64,000 bases of DNA. Source: Candidatus Latescibacterota bacterium (GTDB lineage: Bacteria; Latescibacterota; UBA2968). The notes beneath the pieces are model-generated. The model worked only from the letters and a program-made list of their open reading frames with translations. It was not told the origin of the DNA and did no database searches. Position numbers and translations under genes: made by a program. This document shows, in pieces, positions 18,432-27,697 of the stretch (positions within the stretch are counted from its first letter, which is position 1; every line of letters starts with the position of its first letter). The stretch covers positions 2,688,001-2,752,000 of the forward strand of contig OZ220741.1 of NCBI GenBank assembly GCA_965116885.1, given 5' to 3'.

Positions 18432-19967
18432 CTAAAAGTAGGTATTGAGGCGCATTTCCACACCTTTGAAGGGGAGTACCAGATAGCAGGTCCCCGATGT
18501 ACAGGCGGTGCCTCCGCGCCGCTCGCCCACAAAGAGGACGGCGTCGTAATGCGTACCAAATCGCGCATTGAGGTTGAGAGACACAAAGGTGCGGCTGCCG
18601 GTTTCGATGTCGAAAGTTTCTGGACGGTCAACTTCAAAAGGGTCGGTTGTGTGATCGACGACAAGGGCTGCGCCAAAACCGCGCGCGTGTTGTGCAGAGA
18701 GCGCGCCATAAGTATTGGAGTAGTACGGGTCGTTTTCAAAATGGACGGCGCGTTGGTATTGGAGGTCGAGGCCGAGGGTATGGCCTCGGGCTGTTGTGGT
18801 TTCAAAAATCGCGCCGCCCGTGCGGTGGCTGTCGATGCTTTCGATGTCGTCTTTGCCCCAGTTAAAAAAGAAGGTGGCGGTCAGGTTGTCAAATTTGTAC
18901 AGATCAAAAGAGAAATGTCTTTCTTTGAAAAAGGTCTGTACCGTCGGAGCCAAATCATTGCGTGCGTGGCTGATATTGACCGTGAAATTGCCCAAATCCA
19001 GTTGCGTATAAGTGCCTTCGATCTGATAGCCTTTTTCGCTGGCGAGTAGCAGTACATGTGTGTTGCGGTTGAGCAAAGATGCGGTGTGTTCGCGGACGAG
19101 AGATGGGGGATCATTGAAGTGGAGGTGCATGTTGTCGTAATCTTTGTATTCGACACTCAACCCCAGATTGTTCCAGCCCATATTGCCCGATAAGTAAAGG
19201 GCAGCTCCTTTTTCGTCGTCTTCTCGCCGTGCATATTCGCCTTCGCGTTGCGCGTATTCGCCGTAAAAGCTGCCGTAGAGACCGGCCTTTTGCAGAATGT
19301 TAGAAAGGTCGAGATCGACAAAACCAGACCAGGCCCAATTTTTATCGATGAGGGAATCTTTGGGCGTGATGTGAACGCCCGTGCCGCCAATTCTGAGGTT
19401 GGAAGAGAGTCTGAGGGCGAGTTCGCCGCCTGTGACCCAATCCCCGCGACGGGAAACACTGCGCGGCGGGATGCCGGTTTTGGCACCAGGGGGAATATCG
19501 CTGAGTGCTGATCGACCGATGAGTGCTTTGGTCTCTACGCGATTGCCAGCCCATGAGGCTGTCGCACCTTCGAGGTCTTGGGCCGGGGCATAGCGCAGGC
19601 GATAAATAGGGCTTTCGAGCACGACGCCGGGCAGTTCAAATGCGCGAAGTGTGAGGCCCCGCCCGAGAATTGCGTAGTAATTGCCGATTTCCACATTCGC
19701 AGCACCATGGTTCCACCGTGCGTATTTTTGCGTGATTTGATATGTTTCGCGGTCTGCGCCCCAGGTGTTGTAAATTTCTGCTCTTAAACCGGCCTGCAAG
19801 CCCTTTTGCGTAAAGTCGAGATTCAACTGGTTATAGGCTGTGGAGATGGCGGTGGAGTCAGATCCCGGTATTTCACCACGTTGCATTTCCGTCAATCCAG
19901 TGACGGTAATTTGTGCAGAAATGGGGGCTGAGAAGAGCAGGACGAGGAGCAGGCTACTTGCTTTCAT
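18432..19967 (-). CDS. Outer-membrane beta-barrel protein, DUF6029-like
   Basis: Signal peptide, amphipathic beta-strand pattern, GNYYAILGRGLTLR, C-terminal GGTACTSGTC...FKGVEMRLNTYF ending in Phe. Confidence 0.65.
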   Translation of the reverse strand: MKASSLLLVLLFSAPISAQITVTGLTEMQRGEIPGSDSTAISTAYNQLNLDFTQKGLQAGLRAEIYNTWGADRETYQITQKYARWNHGAANVEIGNYYAILGRGLTLRAFELPGVVLESPIYRLRYAPAQDLEGATASWAGNRVETKALIGRSALSDIPPGAKTGIPPRSVSRRGDWVTGGELALRLSSNLRIGGTGVHITPKDSLIDKNWAWSGFVDLDLSNILQKAGLYGSFYGEYAQREGEYARREDDEKGAALYLSGNMGWNNLGLSVEYKDYDNMHLHFNDPPSLVREHTASLLNRNTHVLLLASEKGYQIEGTYTQLDLGNFTVNISHARNDLAPTVQTFFKERHFSFDLYKFDNLTATFFFNWGKDDIESIDSHRTGGAIFETTTARGHTLGLDLQYQRAVHFENDPYYSNTYGALSAQHARGFGAALVVDHTTDPFEVDRPETFDIETGSRTFVSLNLNARFGTHYDAVLFVGERRGGTACTSGTCYLVLPFKGVEMRLNTYF

Positions 19968-20508
19968 CTGGCGTTTCCTTTTTTTCTGGCATTTCCTTTT
20001 TTTCCGATGCTTCTTTTTCCTCCGATGTTTTCTTTTCGGGTAATAGGATCTCTAATGCGTCAATGATGGCCTTCCCATCGGATAAACCGGCCTCTCGCAA
20101 TACAATTTCCCTGTCTGGCGCAATGAGAATTGTGGTGGGCATGGCGCGAACTTGCATGCGTTGCATAACCGATCCATCGGCGTCAATGGCGATTGGGAAT
20201 GTGATGTTGCGCCCCCGCAAAAATGGGCGAATGCGGTTTTGACCTCGGGGCCCATCTTCGTTTACGCCGAGAACGGTGAGTCCCCTGTCGGCGTATTTGG
20301 CGTGGATTTCTTCGAGCTTGGGCATTGCTTTGATGCAGGGTTTGCACCATGTGGCCCAGAAGTCGAGTAACACAGGACCCTTTTCGAGGAGGGCGGTTAG
20401 TTGTACCCGTTCGCCACTGAGGCCCGGCAGGTTGAAATCAGGGGCTTCGGTTGCGCGGGCAGATGATGCGACGAGAAGGCAGAGCCATAATGCGAGCAGT
20501 TTTTTCAT
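19954..20508 (-). CDS. TlpA-family secreted thiol-disulfide oxidoreductase
   Basis: Signal peptide, APDFNL, LDFWATWCKPC, MPTTILI, and a short EKKE-repeat tail. Confidence 0.9.
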   Translation of the reverse strand: MKKLLALWLCLLVASSARATEAPDFNLPGLSGERVQLTALLEKGPVLLDFWATWCKPCIKAMPKLEEIHAKYADRGLTVLGVNEDGPRGQNRIRPFLRGRNITFPIAIDADGSVMQRMQVRAMPTTILIAPDREIVLREAGLSDGKAIIDALEILLPEKKTSEEKEASEKKEMPEKKETPDESK

Positions 20509-20716
20509 GAGAGTACCTCGTGGAGATTGAGATTTAGCCGACTTTTCTAAAGTTATACGTAGGGACGATGCCTATGTTCCCACTTGTTGTTATAGGGACG
20601 GTCAATAAATATAAAATATGACAAAGAGGGTGAAAAAACAATGGTGTAAAGGTGGGGTGTAGGGTTATTTTATTTTACATATTAGACCAGAGGATACTGC
20701 AAAACCCCGGGAGAGA

Positions 20717-21955
20717 ATGAACATGCGCTCGCTCCATGTGCAAATCTTCATCGCGTTGCTCCTCGGCGCAATAAGTGGAATGCTGTTGGGTGAATCCGTT
20801 CTTCACTTTGCCTTTTTGGGAACCCTTTTCCTCAAGGGCCTTAAGATGATCATCGTTCCCTTGATCGTCACCTCCATTGTTTCCGGGGTGGTCGGCATAG
20901 GCCAGGTCGGTCATTTTGGCCGCTTGAGTGCTCAGACTTTTACCTATTACCTGAGCTCCAGCTTGTTGTCCATTATCACTGGCCTGGTATTGGTCAATGC
21001 CATAAGTCCAGGCAAGGGGGCACAGTTGTCTCTGCAAGCTCCTCCTGAACAATTGGCCCATTCCATAGCTCAGTTCGGCGATGGTCCCAAAGCGGCTCTT
21101 GAGCGGTTGTTGTTGGATATGGTACCGGATAATGTATTCAGGGCCATGGCTGAGGGACAGATCTTGCCCGTGATCGTCTTTTGTTTTCTTCTCGGATTTG
21201 CGATCATCCGTTTGTCCGATCCGCACCAGGAACGTCTGCGTGGGTTTTTCCAATCGGCTTTTGAGGCCATGATGCAATTGACCCATTTTATTATTCGCCT
21301 GGCACCCATCGGTATTTTTGCTCTTGTCGCCAAAGTCGTTGGTACCACCGGTCTGTCGGTTTTTATTGATTTGGGGTTGTACGCTCTCACTGTCTTTGCC
21401 GGTCTGGTCGTCCACGCGGCGATTATCTTGCCGCTCGTGCTCTATTTTGTGGGGGGCATATCGCCTCTGGCTCTCCTTCGCGCCCTGACGCCGGCCCTCT
21501 TCACCGCTTTTTCTACCAGTTCCTCTTCGGCGACATTGCCCGTTACCATTGAATCGCTGGAACAACGCGCTGGTGTTTCTAACCGCACCACCAGTTTTGT
21601 CGCGCCGCTGGGTGCTACCATCAATATGGATGGTACAGCCCTGTTCGAATGTGTCGCAGCCCTGTTTATCGCTCAAGCCTATGGGGTTGATCTGGGCTTT
21701 ACCCAGCAATTCCTGGTTGTCCTTACTGCTTTGTTGGCCTCTATCGGCGCGGCTGGCATTCCTATGACGGGCCTGGTGATGCTTTCTATTGTTCTGACCT
21801 CTGTAGGGTTGCCTCTGGAGGGGATTGGCCTGATTATAGCTGTGGATCGCATCCTGGACATGTTTCGCACCACTGTCAATGTTTGGAGCGATTCGTGTGG
21901 CACTGCCCTGATAGCCCGTTACCAGGGCGAGAAATTAGATATTACTAAACACTGA
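20717..21955 (+). CDS. Dicarboxylate/amino acid:cation symporter (GltP/DctA family)
   Basis: AFSTSSSSATLP, PLGATINMDGTAL, SIGAAGIP, VDRILDMFRTTVNVWSD. Confidence 0.93.
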   Translation: MNMRSLHVQIFIALLLGAISGMLLGESVLHFAFLGTLFLKGLKMIIVPLIVTSIVSGVVGIGQVGHFGRLSAQTFTYYLSSSLLSIITGLVLVNAISPGKGAQLSLQAPPEQLAHSIAQFGDGPKAALERLLLDMVPDNVFRAMAEGQILPVIVFCFLLGFAIIRLSDPHQERLRGFFQSAFEAMMQLTHFIIRLAPIGIFALVAKVVGTTGLSVFIDLGLYALTVFAGLVVHAAIILPLVLYFVGGISPLALLRALTPALFTAFSTSSSSATLPVTIESLEQRAGVSNRTTSFVAPLGATINMDGTALFECVAALFIAQAYGVDLGFTQQFLVVLTALLASIGAAGIPMTGLVMLSIVLTSVGLPLEGIGLIIAVDRILDMFRTTVNVWSDSCGTALIARYQGEKLDITKH

Positions 21956-21978
21956 CATTTACTTATTGGGGGTTTATT

Positions 21979-23028
21979 ATGGTTTCGATAGGTATTATCG
22001 GATTGGGGTTTATGGGTATGACGCATTACCGGGGGATTCAGAATGTGCGCGGGGGCAAAGTAGCAGCGATATGTACGCGTAGTCCCAAAAAGCGGGCGGG
22101 AGATTGGCGGGGTTTGGGAGGCAATTTTGGAGAGCCGGGGGGTATGGAAGATCTTTCGGGGATTCGGACGTATGAGAAGATTGATGATTTGCTATCAGAT
22201 GCTTCAATTGATCTGGTCGATATTTGTTTGCCGACGTCGCAACACTGCGAGGTCGCGATTGCTGCGATGCGCGCGGGCAAGCATGTGCTGGTCGAAAAGC
22301 CTATTGCGCTGAGTCTTGAGGACGCCGACCGCATGGTGCGGGTTTCCGAGCAGACGGGAAGGTTGATGATGGTGGCACAGGTTTTGCCCTTTTTTCCCGA
22401 GTTTGCCTATCTCAAGCAGGTGGTCGATGGCAGAGAATATGGCAATGTGCTCGGTGCGCATTTTAAGCGCGTTATTTCGCAGCCGAATTGGACGTCGGCT
22501 TTTGCCAATATGGAAAAGAGCGGGGGACCGGGCGTCGATTTGCATATTCACGATACGCACTATATTCTGGTGCTGCTCGGTCGGCCAGATCGGGTGGTGT
22601 CTTCGGGCAGGCTGGTGCAAGACCGGTATGTGGAATATATTTCGACGAGTTATCAATACGATAGCCAGCCGGATTTGTGCGTGACGTGCGCTTCAGGTGC
22701 GATTTCTCAGCAGGGCAGGGCGTTTACGCACGGGTTTGAGGTTTATATGGATCGCGCTACGGTGCTTTTCGAGTTTTCGACTCTGGGCGGCAAGCCGGTT
22801 GTGACGATGCCCGTGACCTTGCTGACGGATGATGGGGAGGTGCGAGAACCGGATTTGGGCGATGCCGATCCCGTGGTTGCATTTACCAACGAGATTCAAG
22901 CCGCGGTAGATGCTGTGGAAAGCGGCGAGGTCGCCAGAGCAATTTCTGGAGAGAGTGCTGCTGATGCGCTGCGTCTGTGTTTTGTGGAGGTTGAGTCGGT
23001 AAGACGCAGGCAGGCAGTGGCGGTGTAA
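21979..23028 (+). CDS. Gfo/Idh/MocA family oxidoreductase
   Basis: GIIGLGFMG, GKHVLVEKP, DLHIHD. Confidence 0.9.
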   Translation: MVSIGIIGLGFMGMTHYRGIQNVRGGKVAAICTRSPKKRAGDWRGLGGNFGEPGGMEDLSGIRTYEKIDDLLSDASIDLVDICLPTSQHCEVAIAAMRAGKHVLVEKPIALSLEDADRMVRVSEQTGRLMMVAQVLPFFPEFAYLKQVVDGREYGNVLGAHFKRVISQPNWTSAFANMEKSGGPGVDLHIHDTHYILVLLGRPDRVVSSGRLVQDRYVEYISTSYQYDSQPDLCVTCASGAISQQGRAFTHGFEVYMDRATVLFEFSTLGGKPVVTMPVTLLTDDGEVREPDLGDADPVVAFTNEIQAAVDAVESGEVARAISGESAADALRLCFVEVESVRRRQAVAV

Positions 23029-23111
23029 AGAAAGGCGAGTGCCACATCGATTATAAAAAAATAGGGCGAACGCACGGGTCCGCCCTTACGATTTGACTAT
23101 CGCTTATACTT

Positions 23112-24551
23112 TCAACGCATTCTCACCTCTGCAACAGGTGTTCCCGCTGCGCCATCGACTATGAGACCGCCCGCTTTGATCAGGGTGGCGGATATGTTTT
23201 CGAGACTTTGTCCGTCGAAGGATTGACCACCAATGATTTTGGGACTGACAATGAGTGCTTGGCCGGCAGATTGATCGAATAGCGCGAATGTCACGTTGCT
23301 GCCATAGCGCGCCATAGCGCTCATTGTGTCGTGAAATTGTGAGATAGTCTGGGTAGAGACATCGCCGGCTTTCATTTCGATAAAGATAATATCGGGAAGT
23401 GCGGCATCCATGGCTTTTTGCGCGACCTCGGTGATGAATGCGCTGCCGAGTTTGCGGCTTTCTTCGCTGTCCATCAGTACGCTGGATACCAGCCGACCAA
23501 ACGCCTCATCTTTGATGATTTTTTTTAGTTTGAGCGCTTCCGGAGTCAGCTTGGGTTTGACCATGCGGTCGATATATCGCTGCGATTTGCCCTGTTTTAT
23601 AGCTGTGCCGAGTTGTTCTTCTATGGTGCCTGCGATTTTTTCGAGGCTGGGGGCGTTGACAGCATAAGGGCTGTATCTGACACCATAGTCCTTGGTTTTG
23701 CTAACTATGGGGGGGATTTCTTTTTCTCCGGATTGATAGAAAGCCAGTGTGCGCGTATGGGTTTTGTCCTCAATGGCTTTGTTGTGGTGTTCAAATAGCG
23801 AGGGGACTTTGAGATTTTTGCCTTTGATTGCATTGGGTGAAGCCGTTTGAACCGTGGTCATCCATTCGCGCGGATTTTTGCCGTAGTCAATATTGTTAAA
23901 TAATGCCCCTCTGTACGTCAGATAGGCGGGGATATTCGTTCCCTGGTCCGATCCGGTGATCGCAACGATGACCACGCCTTTGGGCAAGCCCTGGTCTGAT
24001 AGGACAAAGGATTGGAATGAACGCTCGAGCATGGCGTATTGAGCAGGTGTAAAGTCGGTGATATTTAGACTGGGACCTCTGCGTCCACCACCACGTCCAC
24101 CTCTGCCGCCGCGTGCCCCTTGCCCCCGGCGTCCCTGTCCGCCGCCCTGAAGTGCCTGAAATTCGCGCAAAATATTGCCGAATACAGCGTTAAATTCCTG
24201 GCGATCGGTGTTGGGGATTTTGCGAAAAAAGAGTTCGAGTTGCTGGTGGCGAACGGGAAACAGATCGTCCCATTTTTTTGCCTGATCGAGTATGTACATC
24301 TGTATGGGTGCCGGCATTTGGCTGAGGATTTGCGCGTTGGCATCGAGGAGTTTTTGGGCATCCCAGGGGAAATCGTTGAATTGTCCACGTTGCTGAGGAC
24401 GCAAGTCTCCGCGACCACTGCCACCACCACCGCCACCGCCGCGTCCGCCACCACCGCGACCACCACCGCGTTGTGCGTAAATATCTGACAGGTCTAAGGC
24501 ACACAATGCTGTGCCCATCAGTAAGATAGATATCCATCTTGAAAATCGCAT
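23112..24551 (-). CDS. Secreted hypothetical protein with two Gly/Arg-rich (RGG) tracts
   Basis: GGAGG SD before ATG 24551, signal peptide ending IYA-Q, then QRGGGRGGGGRGG and later RRGQGARGGRGGRGGGRRG. Confidence 0.7.
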   Translation of the reverse strand: MRFSRWISILLMGTALCALDLSDIYAQRGGGRGGGGRGGGGGGGSGRGDLRPQQRGQFNDFPWDAQKLLDANAQILSQMPAPIQMYILDQAKKWDDLFPVRHQQLELFFRKIPNTDRQEFNAVFGNILREFQALQGGGQGRRGQGARGGRGGRGGGRRGPSLNITDFTPAQYAMLERSFQSFVLSDQGLPKGVVIVAITGSDQGTNIPAYLTYRGALFNNIDYGKNPREWMTTVQTASPNAIKGKNLKVPSLFEHHNKAIEDKTHTRTLAFYQSGEKEIPPIVSKTKDYGVRYSPYAVNAPSLEKIAGTIEEQLGTAIKQGKSQRYIDRMVKPKLTPEALKLKKIIKDEAFGRLVSSVLMDSEESRKLGSAFITEVAQKAMDAALPDIIFIEMKAGDVSTQTISQFHDTMSAMARYGSNVTFALFDQSAGQALIVSPKIIGGQSFDGQSLENISATLIKAGGLIVDGAAGTPVAEVRMR

Positions 24552-24595
24552 GGTTGCCTCCCGTGTGAAGAGATGACGCGCTTTCATAAACCGCT

Positions 24596-25372
24596 TTACA
24601 GGTTTTGGTCGAGCCAGTCCAGGACGGTGGTCCACGCATTGCCCTGGGCGAGCAAATCGAGTCCATGTCCCGTTCCCTGATAGCCGATTACGGCAGTAAT
24701 CCCCCGGGTCAATTCAGACATGGTTTGGGATGAGGTGTAGGCATATCCATCGCCAAAAGCTGCGAGATAGAGAATGTTTCGCGGTGCAAAACCGGGGATA
24801 TTGGTGCCTATGAGAATTTCCTGGGTCTGGTTTTCGCGAAAGTTGGGTGAAACGGATACGGTTGCTTTTATATCGGGGAACAGACCCGCGCTCACAAAGG
24901 CGATATTGGCACCGATGTCTGTACCGATGACGCCGATGCGATTGGGGTCGGCGTCTGCGCGGGTTTTGAGAAATGCAATTGCAGCGCCGACATCGAGCGG
25001 CATCTGGTTGAAGTCATCAATGGAAAAGTTCTGGATTGTGACGGGTTGCCCATTGCGAAAGATGCTGTTGCCATGTCCGCGAAGGTCAAAGGCGAGTGCT
25101 ATATAGCCCCGCTGGGCAACGAGTTCGGGAACAAAATCTGCCCACTGGAAGTGGTTTTGGTTAAATGGATGGAGCAGGATGACTGCAGGGCGAGGTGCGG
25201 GGTGGTTGGGAGAGGAAAAGAGGGTGCCAAATAACAGAAAGCCGTCTGGCGTTTGAAATTGCACGGGTTCCAGGCGCGCGTGTTGGGCGGTGAATTCGGG
25301 TTCGGTCGGCGTCGGCGCAGTGGTGCTGCCGCATCCGATTAAAAATATTGCGATCCACAAGTATTGGCGCAT
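24596..25372 (-). CDS. Alpha/beta hydrolase-fold lipoprotein with G-x-D-x-G elbow
   Basis: Lipobox LIGC, AVILLH, FDLRGHG, RIGVIGTDIGAN, C-terminal GTGHG. Confidence 0.85.
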   Translation of the reverse strand: MRQYLWIAIFLIGCGSTTAPTPTEPEFTAQHARLEPVQFQTPDGFLLFGTLFSSPNHPAPRPAVILLHPFNQNHFQWADFVPELVAQRGYIALAFDLRGHGNSIFRNGQPVTIQNFSIDDFNQMPLDVGAAIAFLKTRADADPNRIGVIGTDIGANIAFVSAGLFPDIKATVSVSPNFRENQTQEILIGTNIPGFAPRNILYLAAFGDGYAYTSSQTMSELTRGITAVIGYQGTGHGLDLLAQGNAWTTVLDWLDQNL

Positions 25373-25507
25373 GATACTATCCTTTGATCAGTTTTATTTT
25401 TGACTATTATAGACAAATGTTTGTTCCTCATAATAGTGGGAACATAAGGCAATTAGATTAGAATAGCAAGGCGAGCAAGCAAGCGTACCCTATTTCAAGG
25501 AGGATAG

Positions 25508-25678
25508 ATGCCAGAATTTACGCGCTACGATTTGATTCTGATGGCGATTACCGGAGGGCTTTTTATCGTGGGATTGTGGTGTACGATTTTTGCCTTTCTC
25601 TATGGATTTATGAAGCGGTTAGATCAGATTATTTTGCTGTTGCAGCAGGCAAATCGAGATGCCGATACGGATTCTTGA
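25508..25678 (+). CDS. Small single-TM protein (56 aa), absent from the ORF track
   Basis: Strong SD AAGGAGG. MPEFTRYDLILMAITGGLFIVGLWCTIFAFLYGFMKRLDQIILLLQQANRDADTDS. Confidence 0.65.
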   Translation: MPEFTRYDLILMAITGGLFIVGLWCTIFAFLYGFMKRLDQIILLLQQANRDADTDS

Positions 25679-25755
25679 GAATGGTTGCCTATTTCATAGT
25701 GGGCGTTTATATTGGACAAAATAGTTTCCAAAAACAAATTCTGAAAGGACTGTGA

Positions 25756-27153
25756 ATGAACAAACCGAATATTTTGATGATTGTAACTGATCAGCAGCGG
25801 TGGGATGCGCTGAGTTGTGTGAGCGACTGGCTGGAGACGCCCAATATGGACCGCATTGCGGCAGAGGGTGTGCGATTTTCAAATTGCGTGACCAATTCGC
25901 CGGTGTGTATTCCAACGCGGTTGAGTTTGGCTACCGGGCATTATCCGCACAATACGGGGGTGTGGGACAATCAGAACCACACGTTATCGCCAGATTGTCC
26001 AACGTGGATGCAGGCGGTGCGCGATGCGGGGTATCGCACGAGTCTGTTTGGCAAGACGCATTTACACCCGCACGGAGGCGATTTGAGAGATCGCGAGCAT
26101 CTGATGCACAGTTATGGGCTTGATGATGTGGATGAAATTGGCGGGCCGAGGGCGAGCGCGCGATGTCTGTCGTACATGACGGCGATGTGGGAGGAGAAGG
26201 GGTTGTGGGCAGCGTATCAGGCAGATTTCGAGGAGCGTTTTAGCAATAAGCCCTGGGTGACGCGGCCATCGACATTGCCTTTTGAAGATTATGCAGATGT
26301 GTATGTGGGGCAGCAGGCGAAGAAGTACCTGGCGGGATATGACCGCAATCAGCCCTGGTTCTGCTGGGTGAGTTTTGGCGGGCCTCACGAACCGTGGGAT
26401 ACGCCAGAACCCCATTATAGCCGGTATAATCCGGAGGATATGCCCGATCCAGTTGCTCCGATAGAGGATGATCGCGAGCGTCCACAGGGTTTGTTAGATG
26501 CCAAGCAAAAGATACCGTTTGAACCGGGAGAAGAGAAATTGTTGCGCGCAAATTACGCGGGCAATGTCGCGTTGATCGACGATCAGATTGGCGAGATTTT
26601 CGATGTGATTGAAAAACGCGGCGAGATGGATAATACGGTCGTTGTGCTGACGTCGGATCACGGCGAGATGAATGGGGATTACGGTTTTATTTATAAGAGC
26701 AATCTCTTAAATGGCGCGGTGCGGGTTCCCCTGCTGATTCGCACGCCCGAGACGGCGAGTGGTGATGTCGCTGGTTCTGTATGTGACAGTCCGATTGAGT
26801 GGTTTGATGTGGGGCCAACGCTGGTCGAGCTTGCAGGTGGTGAACTGAATTTCAGGCAGTTTGGCAAATCGGCCTGTCCCGTTCTGGAAGATCCGACGCG
26901 AGAACACCGCACAGAAGCGATATCGGAATACGGCGGGGAGATTATGTTGTTGAATCGCGAATGGAAGATTGTGCTGAATCGCGAAGGGCAGCCCTATTTG
27001 CTTTTCGATGTGCAAGAAGATCCCGGTGAGGTGAATAATCTCGCGGGTTTGCCCGAGATGGCCGAGGTTGAGAATCAACTGCGCTTGCGGATTCTCGATC
27101 GCGTGGCTTCGTCACAGGCTTTGTCAGGGGCGCATTTTGCGTTGGGAACATGA
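25756..27153 (+). CDS. Cys-type sulfatase
   Basis: KPNILMIVTDQQR, CIPTR, GKTH, GPHEPWD, TSDHGEM. Confidence 0.92.
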   Translation: MNKPNILMIVTDQQRWDALSCVSDWLETPNMDRIAAEGVRFSNCVTNSPVCIPTRLSLATGHYPHNTGVWDNQNHTLSPDCPTWMQAVRDAGYRTSLFGKTHLHPHGGDLRDREHLMHSYGLDDVDEIGGPRASARCLSYMTAMWEEKGLWAAYQADFEERFSNKPWVTRPSTLPFEDYADVYVGQQAKKYLAGYDRNQPWFCWVSFGGPHEPWDTPEPHYSRYNPEDMPDPVAPIEDDRERPQGLLDAKQKIPFEPGEEKLLRANYAGNVALIDDQIGEIFDVIEKRGEMDNTVVVLTSDHGEMNGDYGFIYKSNLLNGAVRVPLLIRTPETASGDVAGSVCDSPIEWFDVGPTLVELAGGELNFRQFGKSACPVLEDPTREHRTEAISEYGGEIMLLNREWKIVLNREGQPYLLFDVQEDPGEVNNLAGLPEMAEVENQLRLRILDRVASSQALSGAHFALGT

Positions 27154-27203
27154 GGAGGCGCGATGCTTGAGGGTGAGTATTACGATGATCAAGTGAGGGT
27201 TCT

Positions 27204-27446
27204 ATGCTAACTACATATATCCAATCCGCTATGAAACACGCGAAATACGAGATCCTTGATGATCAAACGTTCTATGGAGAAATTGAAGGCTTTCAAGGTG
27301 TGTATGCGAATGCAAATACCTTAGAAATGTGTCGCGAGGAATTGCAATCCGTGCTCGAAGGTTGGATCATTCTCGGCTTGAGGATGGGGCATCCGCTTCC
27401 AGAAGTAAATGGCGTGCGTTTGGATGCTGTATTGGAGTCCGTGTAA
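27204..27446 (+). CDS. hicB: HicB-family antitoxin (short, no DNA-binding tail)
   Basis: MLTTYIQSAMKHAKYEIL...FYGEIEGFQGVYA...EGWIILGL, paired with a HicA-like gene. Confidence 0.8.
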   Translation: MLTTYIQSAMKHAKYEILDDQTFYGEIEGFQGVYANANTLEMCREELQSVLEGWIILGLRMGHPLPEVNGVRLDAVLESV

Positions 27447-27664
27447 TGCCCAAATTTGGGCCAATTAGTCGTCGCGATCTAATTCGCTATTTGAGGCAAT
27501 TGGGATTTGAAGGTCCGTATCCTGGAGGCAAGCATCATTATATGGTTCGAGATACAATACGTCTTGCCATTCCCAACCCGCATCGTGGTGATATTGGACG
27601 TGGGCTTTTGCACAGGCTTTTACAGCAAGCGAATGTCAGCCGAGAAATTTGGGAGGATTTGTAG
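27446..27664 (+). CDS. hicA: HicA-family toxin
   Basis: TAATG overlap with hicB. MPKFGPISRRDLIRYLRQLGF...GGKHHYM...IPNPHRGDI. Confidence 0.85.
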   Translation: MPKFGPISRRDLIRYLRQLGFEGPYPGGKHHYMVRDTIRLAIPNPHRGDIGRGLLHRLLQQANVSREIWEDL

Positions 27665-27697
27665 CATATTGATCAAGTTATCGCTTGAGGAGAGATT

